Shown here: positions 20,899 through 30,738 of the stretch, one piece after another | Layout of the letters: each line of letters begins with the position of its first letter | Position numbering within the stretch: the stretch's first letter is position 1 | Source of the DNA: Candidatus Latescibacterota bacterium | Lineage (GTDB): Bacteria > Latescibacterota > CBDEFO01 | Direction: 5' to 3' | DNA: 64,000 bases | Assembly: GCA_965248755.1 (NCBI GenBank) | Contig: OZ252149.1 | Coordinates: 1,024,001-1,088,000, forward strand | Notes under the pieces: model-generated | What the model was told of the DNA's origin: nothing | The model's database searches: none | Seen by the model: the letters and a program-made list of their open reading frames with translations, nothing else | Made by a program: the position numbers and the translations under genes

Positions 20899-21105
20899 AT
20901 GATGGCTGCGACATCTGTAACTATAAGACTTAAAGATGAGACTAATAGCTCCATTGAAAAGCTCGTCACAGAGGCTATCAACAGGACGGTAGTAGTGAAC
21001 GCAGCTCTAAATCACTTTGTGAGCCTGCCTTACAGGGACCAGAAAACCATCATTGTGGACTACGTCTACAAAGAGCCTGAGATAGAGTCTCTGGCAAGCG
21101 ATTAG
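20899..21105 (+). CDS. Small ribbon-helix-helix-like protein, divergent from BMC operon
   Basis: RBS AGGAG; TSVTIRL strand followed by two helices (NRTVVVNAAL). Confidence 0.55.
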   Translation: MMAATSVTIRLKDETNSSIEKLVTEAINRTVVVNAALNHFVSLPYRDQKTIIVDYVYKEPEIESLASD

Positions 21106-21107
21106 AG

Positions 21108-21300
21108 TTAGCGGAACACAGGCCACCAAGATAAGCGTTCCAAGGAGATGTCTCCATTGTTGATGACAGTGCGCCCAATACCAGGGCACGAAAATACTGT
21201 CACCATCCCGGATAGAATGTTCCTGATGATTTATGATGAGAGTTCCTACACCATCGGATGAAAAATAACTCCTGAACCTCAACTCTACGTAAATGCCCGG
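21108..21300 (-). pseudogene. Cupin-domain remnant
   Basis: GVGTLIINHQEHSIRDGDSIFVP then frameshifted H..NNGD. Confidence 0.4.
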
Positions 21301-21734
21301 ACGCTCGGGAAGAGCGATGCGCCCTCGAAGAAAACAGGACCGTAAAGCAGTTGTCGGGATTATGCTCCGCCCGGGCCCTTTCTAACTCTCCGGGTCGCTT
21401 TCAGCCACCGCTGCAAGGTATACTTCATTTTGCGCTTTGCCATCTTAGAGTGCGACTGAGCTGCCCGCCTGCTCCGACGCAGCCGCTGTCAGCTTGTCCA
21501 TCCGGGACTCGAAAGTTTTACGATCAATGATGAACAAGCACATTTGGAGGCAATGATATTAAATGAGGGTGCGAAAGTCAAGGATATTGTTCTGCAAAAT
21601 CCCGGTACAACGCGAAAACTGGGAAATCGATTGAAATTGGGTGAATTTTAGCGGAAAGATGGATAGCGTGGAGATAAAACCCGTTCGGCAAGGTTTTGAA
21701 GAAGATATTGTCACAGAAAGGTAAAAGATGCCTT

Positions 21735-24700
21735 TCAGGCAGCATTCACCCCATCTCTATTGAGGTCGAGTCTGACGGAGACGAGCTGAGACACTCCCGG
21801 TTCTCCCATAGTTACGCCGTGCAGACAGTCCGACGCCTCCATGGTGCGTTTGTTATGAGTCACGATTACAAATTGCGTTCTGTCTGAGAATTTGCGTATG
21901 ACCCTAATGAACCTTTCGATATTAGCGTCATCTAATGGAGCATCCACCTCGTCGAGTATGCACAACGGGCTGGGCTTGACCAGGTAGATGGAAAAGATGA
22001 GGGCTATGGCGGTCAGTGTCTTCTCACCGCCTGACATAAGGTTTATAGACTGGAGCCTCTTGCCCTGTGGCCGGGCAACGATGTTAATCTCGGACTCCAG
22101 GGGATCATCGCCTTCGGATAGGATCAAATCGGCCTGGCCCCCTTCGAAGAACTCCACGAACGTCTTTCGAAAATTGGCTGCCACCTTTGAAAACGTCTCG
22201 ATAAACATGCTCCTTGCGGTGCTGTCTATCTTGGCAATAGTCTTTTTCAGATCATCCTCCGCCTCCAAAAGATCGTCTCTTTGACCGGAGAGGAATTCAT
22301 ACCGCTCCGTTCCTCTTTCATATTCCTCAATAGCCCCTATATTGACTGGTCCGAGGCTCCTTATCCTCCCCTGTGTCTCCTCTATTTGCATCTGGGCAAG
22401 TTCAGGGTTGAACTCTTCCTCCAAAGGTTCTACCTCCACCACGTCAACTCCGTATCTGTCTCTTAAGTTCTGTCTTACTATGCCGGCTCTGGACGTAAGC
22501 TGTGAATGCTCAAACTGGAGATCTGAAAGGTTTTCCCTGCGCTCGTCCTGCACTCTCCTCTTAGCCCTTATCTCATTCTCTAATTCTCTTTCTTTGACCT
22601 CTAGTTCGTGATATTCCGAATCTTTTGTGTCCCTGTCCTTTTCTATCTGGGATCTTTGGGAATAGAGATGTTCAAGCTCATCTTGGTCCCTGTCTTTTTG
22701 AGCTTTGAGCCTATCGAGTTCCTCACCGGCCTTTTCGGATTGGGCTTTGGAGTCCGACAGGGTCTTCTCAAGTTCGTCTGTCTGTATGTTACATCTCTTC
22801 ACATCCGACGAGAATCCCCGCAAACGCTCCTCAAGCGAGGTCATCTTTCGTCTCAGTTCGTGGACTCCCTCAGCCTTTTGGTTCCTGTTCTCCTCCAGAG
22901 TGCGCAAAGCCCGTTCGTACTCACCTGAGGATTGACTCAGTTCCTCTTTTTGCCCTTCGAGTCTTTTTATCTCCAATGCTTGATTTTCTATATCCTCCAG
23001 AAGCTGTTCGGATCTTTCTTTAAGCTCTAAGGTCTCCTTTGAAATGGACTCCAACCTGGCCTGCAACCTTTTTATGTCAGATCTACTTTGAGCCTCCTGT
23101 TGTTTGAACTCGGACAGCTTATCTCTGAGCTCTAATAGGCTATCCAAGGCATTTGACAGGCTAGCTGAGATTGCCGAGATACGAGCCTCCGATCCCGCCA
23201 TCTGCTCTGAGAGGCGATTTAGGTTTATGCCCTCTTCCTCAATCTGTGCCTGTATGACCTCTATCTGCTCCGTCCTGCCTATAAGGCTCATATCTACCTC
23301 TGTCGGATTACCTCCTGTTATCTGGCCCGACGGTTCGACTATGTCTCCCTCGATCGTAACGAATCTTGTGGAATTACCGTTCTCTAAGGAGCAGGAAAGG
23401 GCCGTCTTCAGGTCTTCCACCACAACTGTTTTTCCCAACAGGAGGCGGACAATGGGGGCAAGCTCATCATCGAACCTGACAAGATCGACAGCTTTACGGA
23501 GTCGCCCCCGATTTAATCGGGGGTCGACCTTTTCTTCGGATCCCCTTCTTGTCAGGGGCTTTTGGCTGGACTCGTTTTGCTCTTTGTCATCTTTAAACTC
23601 CCGATCGAATCTATCGTGGATCACTCTGTCCATCGGAAGAAACGTGGCTCTCCCTCCCTCCTGTTCCTTCAAGAACGAGATCGAACCTGTGGCTGTCTCC
23701 ATCTTGTCCGTCACCAGATACTCCAGTGACTGCCCCAAAGCCGCCTCTATAGCCTTGGCGTATTTCTCCTGCGTGTGAAGCAGATCTGCTAAAGTTCCCC
23801 TTATCTGGTCTTTATAGGGAGAGCTTAATATCAGGGTCCTTACGCTCTCTGAATATCCCTCATACGACTCCCTTATCTTTTCCAGGAGCGCCAGAGCCGC
23901 CCTTTTGGCCTCTATCTTCCCTTTAACATCTGATAGCTGCTCCCTGATCGAATCTAATCTTTTCCTCTCCCCCTCAAGTTCCCCTTCAAGAGTCACTTTT
24001 TCGCGGCTGATCTTTTGGATAGCCTCGTGTGTTTCTCGATTAGCTTCAAGGGCATCCTGCTCTCTTTTTAAAGCATCTTTAAGCTCTGATTGAGCGCCAC
24101 ACTCCTCTTCGAGCAGTTTCTCCAGACGAGAGAGGATATTGTCCTTGTGGGCTTTATCCCTTTCAATGGCTCCCCTGTTCTGAGACTCAGAGCGGAAAAG
24201 CTGGATCAGTTTTTCTTTGTGAACCTCGAGTTCAGACCTCTTTTCCGAGTAGGAGCGATCCAGCCTTGCCAATTCCTCCTCTTGGACATTGAGGCTATCT
24301 TTGATCGATAGATAGTCCGCCTTGACTCTTGTTTTACTCTCTTCGGCTTTTTCACTTTCTCTTCTGGTTTGATCTAACTTTCGAGTCGCCTCGGCGACCT
24401 CCAGCCCAAGCCGCTCGATGTCCTTTGTCAGGCTCTCCATCCTTGCTTGGGCCTTTATCACCTCTTCGCTTTTTCGTTGGATAAGCTCCATCTGGCTGTT
24501 GAGAACTTGTGCTGTTCGAGAGCGCTCTTTGTCCTTCTCGATAAGATTGAGTCTTATTCTCTCAATCTGGGACTCCATCAGGGAAAGTCCAGACGCGTCT
24601 TCCTCTATCTCCACTCTAAGTTTTTCTATCTGATCTGCCAAGGGACGTATCCTTGTCTCCAGATGATAGTAATTATGCCGACCTAAGGAGATCTCTGATT

Positions 24701-25370
24701 CCTTTAACTTTTCCTGATACGCCTGATATCTTCTGGCTTTGCCGACCTGTCTTCTAAGATAGGCTACCTGATTTTCCACCTCCGCTATGATGTCTCCTAT
24801 CCTTAGAACGTCCTGCTGTGTGGATGTCAGCTTGTTCCAGGTCGCCTTGCGGCGCACCTTGTACTTTGTTATGCCCGCTACCTCCTCAAACAGACGTCTC
24901 CTGTCCTCCGTGCTATTTCCGATAATGGCCTCAACCATGTTCTGCTCCATAACGGTGTAGGCGTGTGGCCCCATCCCTGTATCCATAAAGAGGTTATTTA
25001 CATCCATCAACCTGCACGGGACCTTATTAAGCAGATAATCGCTCTGACCTGACCCGAAGATCCTGCGTGTGATCTGAACTTCGCTAAACTCTATTGGCAA
25101 AATATTCTTGGTGTTCTGGATGGTAAGCGTAACTTCCGACATTCCCAGCGGTTTTCTGGTCTTACTGCCGCAGAATATTACATCCTCCATCCTATCGCTC
25201 CTTAGCAAGCTCGGTCTCTGCTCGCCTAAAGCCCACCTTATGGCATCCACCACGTTTGTCTTGCCGCACCCATTGGGGCCAACTATAGACGTGATCCCGT
25301 CTCCCAAGTCCAAAGTGATCTTATCAGCAAAGGACTTAAAGCCGAATATTTCAAGACGGTGTAGATACAC
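21735..25370 (-). CDS. smc: Chromosome segregation protein SMC
   Basis: GFKSF, GPNGCGKTN, hinge GRATFLP, MSGGEK, LDEVDAPLD. Confidence 0.98.
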   Translation of the reverse strand: MYLHRLEIFGFKSFADKITLDLGDGITSIVGPNGCGKTNVVDAIRWALGEQRPSLLRSDRMEDVIFCGSKTRKPLGMSEVTLTIQNTKNILPIEFSEVQITRRIFGSGQSDYLLNKVPCRLMDVNNLFMDTGMGPHAYTVMEQNMVEAIIGNSTEDRRRLFEEVAGITKYKVRRKATWNKLTSTQQDVLRIGDIIAEVENQVAYLRRQVGKARRYQAYQEKLKESEISLGRHNYYHLETRIRPLADQIEKLRVEIEEDASGLSLMESQIERIRLNLIEKDKERSRTAQVLNSQMELIQRKSEEVIKAQARMESLTKDIERLGLEVAEATRKLDQTRRESEKAEESKTRVKADYLSIKDSLNVQEEELARLDRSYSEKRSELEVHKEKLIQLFRSESQNRGAIERDKAHKDNILSRLEKLLEEECGAQSELKDALKREQDALEANRETHEAIQKISREKVTLEGELEGERKRLDSIREQLSDVKGKIEAKRAALALLEKIRESYEGYSESVRTLILSSPYKDQIRGTLADLLHTQEKYAKAIEAALGQSLEYLVTDKMETATGSISFLKEQEGGRATFLPMDRVIHDRFDREFKDDKEQNESSQKPLTRRGSEEKVDPRLNRGRLRKAVDLVRFDDELAPIVRLLLGKTVVVEDLKTALSCSLENGNSTRFVTIEGDIVEPSGQITGGNPTEVDMSLIGRTEQIEVIQAQIEEEGINLNRLSEQMAGSEARISAISASLSNALDSLLELRDKLSEFKQQEAQSRSDIKRLQARLESISKETLELKERSEQLLEDIENQALEIKRLEGQKEELSQSSGEYERALRTLEENRNQKAEGVHELRRKMTSLEERLRGFSSDVKRCNIQTDELEKTLSDSKAQSEKAGEELDRLKAQKDRDQDELEHLYSQRSQIEKDRDTKDSEYHELEVKERELENEIRAKRRVQDERRENLSDLQFEHSQLTSRAGIVRQNLRDRYGVDVVEVEPLEEEFNPELAQMQIEETQGRIRSLGPVNIGAIEEYERGTERYEFLSGQRDDLLEAEDDLKKTIAKIDSTARSMFIETFSKVAANFRKTFVEFFEGGQADLILSEGDDPLESEINIVARPQGKRLQSINLMSGGEKTLTAIALIFSIYLVKPSPLCILDEVDAPLDDANIERFIRVIRKFSDRTQFVIVTHNKRTMEASDCLHGVTMGEPGVSQLVSVRLDLNRDGVNAA
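23499..23528. repeat. 30-bp palindromic element inside smc
   Basis: GAGTCGCCCCCGATTTAATCGGGGGTCGAC. Confidence 0.8.
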
Positions 25371-25668
25371 TAAACGCTTCCCTTTCTATTTCTCCCCTTT
25401 TGGCAGAGAAGAGATCTGTCCTTACTATATCAATATCTTGTATGCTGAAACGTAATATACAATATATAGTATTAGTAGTCAAGAAAAAAATTCTCAAGCG
25501 CTTTGAAAAACATCCGTTTTGCGAAAAGAGTTTGTATAAAAGTATATCGTTATTTATATTATATTTCAAGTCGAATCGAGTCGTTTCGGCATGTCTTACA
25601 GGTAAAGAAATGCAGACAGAAGCAGGTAAGTATAGCATAATTACAAATCTCACGTAATCGGAGGCAAA

Positions 25669-26547
25669 ATGGACCGAGCATCAAAGCTCAGAGAATTGAT
25701 CGAACGTCCGGGGACGACCATCCTGCCGGGCGTCTTCGACGCAGTCTCAGCCAAGTTAGTGGAACAGATCGGTTTTGAGGTAGTTTTCACGAGTGGGTTC
25801 GGAATTTCAGGTACTACCTTAGGGATGCCGGACATGGGTCTTCTGACGATGACGGAGACCCTGGAGCGCGTCAGGAAGATCGTTGGAGCTGTGGACCTGC
25901 CTTTAGTGGCGGATGTGGACACAGGCTATGGCAATCCCTTAAACGTTATGCGGACAGTTAGGGAATGCGTTGAGATGGGGGTAGCAGGAATTATACTGGA
26001 AGACCAGGAATGGCCCAAGAAGTGCGGCCACTTTGAGGGCAAACGCGTAATCCCGTGTGACGAGAAGATACAGAAGGTCAAAGCGGCTGTAGAAGCCAGA
26101 GGGGATAAAGACCTTGTGATCATAGGACGCACCGACGCCCGCGCCCCGCTCGGTCTGGACGAAGCTGTAGAGAGGGGCATTGCCTACTTCAAGGCGGGGG
26201 TTGACGTGGTCTTCGTCGAAGCTCCTCAGTCTGTGGATGAACTGAAGAGAATTTCAGAGAAAATAGACGCGCCACTATTTGCCAATATGATAGAAGGAGG
26301 CAAGACCCCGTTTCTCTCCAGAGTGGAGCTGGAAGATTTAGGCTACAAGCTTGTGGTCTATCCTCTGTCCGCCCTTTTTGCTGCGACAAAGGCTATGGCA
26401 GATGTGTTTCAGAAGTTGAAGGACGATGGCACGACAGCAGGATTTGAACCTATGGTCTCCTTCCACGAATTTGAGGAGATTATCGGAGTGCCAAGATACA
26501 GGGAGATTGAGAGCAGGTTTGTCACGGGCGAAAGGGACGCTGTCTGA
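25669..26547 (+). CDS. Isocitrate lyase/PEP mutase family enzyme (methylisocitrate lyase-like)
   Basis: DVDTGYG, LEDQ, PKKCGH, GRTDA, NMIEGGKTP. Confidence 0.88.
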   Translation: MDRASKLRELIERPGTTILPGVFDAVSAKLVEQIGFEVVFTSGFGISGTTLGMPDMGLLTMTETLERVRKIVGAVDLPLVADVDTGYGNPLNVMRTVRECVEMGVAGIILEDQEWPKKCGHFEGKRVIPCDEKIQKVKAAVEARGDKDLVIIGRTDARAPLGLDEAVERGIAYFKAGVDVVFVEAPQSVDELKRISEKIDAPLFANMIEGGKTPFLSRVELEDLGYKLVVYPLSALFAATKAMADVFQKLKDDGTTAGFEPMVSFHEFEEIIGVPRYREIESRFVTGERDAV

Positions 26548-26692
26548 AGGGATTGCTTCGGGGCGCCCGCCCCGAAGCAATCTGGTGAGACAGGAGGCAA
26601 ATCCACCGTCAGTGGTCATGACCGGCACTGGCTGATGAAAAGCCTACCCTCGGATAGACGATTTTGCAGTAAAAAAAAGGACTTGACCCCAA

Positions 26693-27655
26693 ATGTTAGA
26701 AATGCTTATATGGATTATAGTTTTTGTGGTAAGTTTATCTGTTTTAATTAAAGCTTCAGATTATTTTACACGCTCAGCTGAAAACATAGGTTTATACTTT
26801 GGAATACCTGCTTTTATTGTTGGAGTTACTATTGTGGCTATAGGTACTTCCCTTCCAGAACTTATCTCTTCTATTTTTGCTGTCTTAAGTAATTCGTCAG
26901 AAATTGTTGTAGGTAATGTAGTCGGTTCAAATATAGCAAATATATTCTTTGTTTTAGGTATTACCGCTATTGTTGGAAAAAGATTGAAAATTACCTATGA
27001 GCTCATTCATGTTGATCTGCCCCTATTAATTGGTTCTGCATTCTTATTTGCTGTAATAATTTGGGATGGTGTTTCTACTTTGCCAGAGACTTTGCTGTTA
27101 ATCTTAGGCATCTTTATTTATTTTTTCTATACTGCAAGTTCGGAAAAAAATCATAAAAATGTTGAGATAAAAAAGGAAATGAAAGAAGAGCTTAGAATTA
27201 GAAAAAAGTTAGACGCAAAAACTATTGTCATAATTTTTGTCAGTGCATGTTTTATTTGTATTGGTGCAAGGTACACTATTGAGTCTGTAATAAAACTATC
27301 AGAAATATTTAACTTGGGAAAAGATATAATAGCGGCAAGTGCTGTGGCTTTAGGTACTTCGTTGCCTGAATTGACTGTATGCATTATAGCAGTAAGAAAG
27401 GGGAAACCAGAAATAGCTGTTGGAAATGTGCTCGGCTCAAATATGTTTAATACGTTTGCAGTAATGGGAATACCAGCATTATTTGGAACTTTAATTATCC
27501 CTCAAAGCATATTGACTTTCGGCTTACCAATGATGCTGATAGCAACATTGTTATTTTTCTTCATAACCCAAGATAAAGAGATTACAAAATGGGAAGGATG
27601 GCTACTCATAATGTTCTACATTTTTTTTATAGGAAAATTGTTTAAATTACTGTAA
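26693..27655 (+). CDS. Ca2+/Na+ antiporter (YrbG/CaCA)
   Basis: Two alpha repeats GTSLPEL...GNV(V/L)GSN. Confidence 0.95.
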   Translation: MLEMLIWIIVFVVSLSVLIKASDYFTRSAENIGLYFGIPAFIVGVTIVAIGTSLPELISSIFAVLSNSSEIVVGNVVGSNIANIFFVLGITAIVGKRLKITYELIHVDLPLLIGSAFLFAVIIWDGVSTLPETLLLILGIFIYFFYTASSEKNHKNVEIKKEMKEELRIRKKLDAKTIVIIFVSACFICIGARYTIESVIKLSEIFNLGKDIIAASAVALGTSLPELTVCIIAVRKGKPEIAVGNVLGSNMFNTFAVMGIPALFGTLIIPQSILTFGLPMMLIATLLFFFITQDKEITKWEGWLLIMFYIFFIGKLFKLL

Positions 27656-28085
27656 ATTATTAATGTAACTCAAGTTGTGACCTGCAAGGAGTTAATGCTG
27701 TAAGCCATAAATAACCTTTAATTCGAAAGCCTTCGGCGGTTACCGCATGAATGAATATGTTTAGACAAAAGACACTCTTACCAAGGCAGTTGTCATGATC
27801 TCGGCATCATTGACCTTGCATTGGGGTTTTCTCGGTGATTGAGGCTCTCTTAGCAACTCGTCGCGCAGGCAATAGGTCGTAATGATCTTTACCTATTTAG
27901 CAATACATCACAACTTAGGTTATAGTATCCTCACCTCCGAAAATAGATCCGCCACGCGAAAGCCTTGATGGCGTCGTATCGAACGCGTCCCAATAGACGG
28001 TAGGCCAAACCTTCCCAATTGTCGCTCTTGCGGAGAATCCACAACAACATTTTCTTTGTTAGTGACAACTCCCTTTTGCCACTTT

Positions 28086-30506
28086 TCATAAATCTATCTG
28101 AACAATTGTCACACCGTCCCCGCCTTCTTCCCATGCTCCGGGCCTTTTGGACTTTACTCTCGGATGCTTTTCCAAGAAAGCGTTCAACTTGGTCCGCAAT
28201 GCGCCTGTCCCCTTCCCGTGAATGATCGATACCTGCCTTAATCCTTTCAGAAATGCATCGTCCAGATACTTATCCACCACCTCCGACGCGTCGTCGAAGG
28301 TCATGCGTCTGACTGTTACTTTGTCCGAGATATTCGATGAAGCTACCAGCTTCACTCCAGCAGGAGCGGATTTAGACACATTCTGCTCACAGAGTCGCGC
28401 CCGATTAAATCGGGGATCGGCCTTACCGCCGTCGCCTTTTGACAAAACCTTCAAGTGTGAAGTAGGGATTTCAACTCTGATTTTACCTACATCAACGTTC
28501 GCCTTATCAGAGTCTGTTAAGGATACAACTACCCCTTCTCTTTCAAAACTGTCAACCCACACAGTATCTCCAACCTGGACCTTTCCTCTGTCCATCTTGG
28601 CACTGGTATAGTCCTTCAAACTCTTGTCTACCTGCTCAACTGCATCTTTTATGACCCCTCTGGCTTCCTTTATCGCCTGTGTGCTGGCCTTTTGGGATCT
28701 TATCTCGGCTACAGTCCTTTCCACCAAAGCCTTAGCCTGATTCAAAATTCTTCTGGATTCCTCAAGAGCTTCCTTCTGGATACTTCTGCTCTCCCGCTTC
28801 ACATCCTGGAGCTTATCTTCGTACTCGGACTCCATCCTTTTGGCTTCGCTTAGAGCCTTTTGTAACTCTATGTTATTTCTCTGGTAATCGAGTCTTTGAC
28901 GGTCCAGCTCGACGATTAAGTCCTCCATACTCCTGACCACGCCGCCTGTAATTGAGGCGGCTTCTTCCACTACATCCTCCGGCATTCCCAGTCTTCTGGC
29001 TATCTCGAACGCATAGCTGCTCCCCGGAGTTCCAATCCTCAGAACGAACGTCGGCTCTATCGTCTCAGGATCGAACACCATCGAAGCGTTCTCCATGTTG
29101 TCCTTTTGATGTGCAAATAGCTTCAAAGTTCCATGATGGGTTGTAGCTACTGTCTTTGCACGCTTTCGGGACAGAGTTTCAAGGACAGCCATTGCCAGGG
29201 ACGCCCCTTCGTCGGGGTCGGTGCTTGCACCTATCTCGTCGAGGAGCACTAAGCTATCCCTGTCCGACTCGTTGCAAACCTTTACTAACTGTCGGACGTG
29301 AGACGAGAATGTGGAAAGATCGTCCTCAATCGACTGCTCGTCCCCTACGTCTGCATAGACCTTCTTAAAGACGCACAGCTCAGATTTTGGATTTGCCGGG
29401 ATGTGTAGACCGCATTGAGTCATCAGTGTCAAGAGTCCAACCGTTTTTAAGGCCACCGTCTTCCCGCCTGCGTTCGGACCTGTTATAATCAGTGTATTGA
29501 ACTTATCTCCTAAGCTTATATCCAGAGAGACGATTCTCTGTGGATCTTCTACTGTTTTCTGCCTTAATCTCCTTTCCAGGATAGGATGCCTTGCACCCAT
29601 GAGGACGATCCTTCCTTCATCGTTCAGTAGTGGTTCTGTCCCTTTGAAGTCCAAGGAAAAACTCGCTTTAGAGAAGAAACCGTCTAACTTCCCTAAAGCT
29701 CCCAAGGACCGGGAAATATCATCTTTTACCTTTCTCACTTCCTGCGTAAGCTCTCTTAGTATCCTTTCGACTTCCCTTTTTTCCTCGATCTGCAGCTGAC
29801 GGAGTTCGTTGTTAAGTTCCAGAGTTTCTAAAGGTTCTACAAACACCGTCGCTCCACTTGCGGACTGATCGTGGATGATCCCCTCGACTTTGCCCCTTTG
29901 CCTCTCCCTTATGGGGATCACAAATCTATTGTCCCTTATTGTCACCAACCTCTCCTGAATCACTGAGCTTGGAAGTCTCTCTATCATCTTGTCCAGCTCG
30001 CCCCTTATATCGTCCCCTACTTGCGATGTCCTTCTCCTGATCTCCTTTAGCCGTCTGCTGGCTGAAGTCTTGACGAGGCCCTTCTCATCTATTACTCTAT
30101 CTATCTCATTTTCCAGTACCTGTGAGTCTATCAACATACGTGCAAGATCAAACAAGGACGGACAAGTTTCTTTTCGCTTCTCAAGATAACGTTTGAGATG
30201 CCTCGAAGCCGAAAGCGTCTCCTTTATGTTCAGAAAGTCATCGGTGTTCAGCATCGAGCCTTCGATCGATGATTTATCTATAGCTTCGCGCACATCCCTA
30301 ATCCCGCCCATAGGCACGGGATCGTCGAACGCTATGAGATCGACAAGTTCCGATACCGTCTTGAGTCTACCCCTTATCTCGCCAAGATCCTCTAAAGGAT
30401 GCATCCCTGCTATCTCATCTTCCCCCAGAGCAGATACGGCGTAGGAGGAGATCATCGCTTTGACCTTCTCGAACTCTAAGACCTGCAAGGTATGTTCATC
30501 GATCAT
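28086..30506 (-). CDS. mutS2: Endonuclease MutS2
   Basis: HDQSASGAT, TGPNAGGKT, LSTFSSH, C-terminal Smr IIHGKGTG, GGDGVT; start at MIDEHTL. Confidence 0.96.
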   Translation of the reverse strand: MIDEHTLQVLEFEKVKAMISSYAVSALGEDEIAGMHPLEDLGEIRGRLKTVSELVDLIAFDDPVPMGGIRDVREAIDKSSIEGSMLNTDDFLNIKETLSASRHLKRYLEKRKETCPSLFDLARMLIDSQVLENEIDRVIDEKGLVKTSASRRLKEIRRRTSQVGDDIRGELDKMIERLPSSVIQERLVTIRDNRFVIPIRERQRGKVEGIIHDQSASGATVFVEPLETLELNNELRQLQIEEKREVERILRELTQEVRKVKDDISRSLGALGKLDGFFSKASFSLDFKGTEPLLNDEGRIVLMGARHPILERRLRQKTVEDPQRIVSLDISLGDKFNTLIITGPNAGGKTVALKTVGLLTLMTQCGLHIPANPKSELCVFKKVYADVGDEQSIEDDLSTFSSHVRQLVKVCNESDRDSLVLLDEIGASTDPDEGASLAMAVLETLSRKRAKTVATTHHGTLKLFAHQKDNMENASMVFDPETIEPTFVLRIGTPGSSYAFEIARRLGMPEDVVEEAASITGGVVRSMEDLIVELDRQRLDYQRNNIELQKALSEAKRMESEYEDKLQDVKRESRSIQKEALEESRRILNQAKALVERTVAEIRSQKASTQAIKEARGVIKDAVEQVDKSLKDYTSAKMDRGKVQVGDTVWVDSFEREGVVVSLTDSDKANVDVGKIRVEIPTSHLKVLSKGDGGKADPRFNRARLCEQNVSKSAPAGVKLVASSNISDKVTVRRMTFDDASEVVDKYLDDAFLKGLRQVSIIHGKGTGALRTKLNAFLEKHPRVKSKRPGAWEEGGDGVTIVQIDL
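28392..28421. repeat. 30-bp palindromic element inside mutS2
   Basis: GAGTCGCGCCCGATTAAATCGGGGATCGGC. Confidence 0.8.
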
Positions 30507-30659
30507 GGCATTGATCGTCTGAAAATGAGAAATGTCCAGCGCTGTTGACAGTTCGACAGAAACGATACAATAACTTTCCAAGCTTTTAATAATAACAAAT
30601 TTAAGGCTCAAAATCAACTGATTTTTGGGAATTGCTTCAAGTTAGGAAAGATAAAGATC

Positions 30660-30738
30660 GAGATTGCTTCAATGCGCTCACAATGACCAAGTAAAGAGAA
30701 GCAAGTCATTGCGAGTTGCAAAGTTCTGAAGCAATCTC
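30660..30738. repeat. REP-like inverted pair GAGATTGCTT..CACAATGAC / GTCATTGCGAG..GAAGCAATCTC (others at 6263-6290, 26548-26582, 63061-63113)
   Basis: Same motif recurs in four intergenic sites. Confidence 0.7.
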
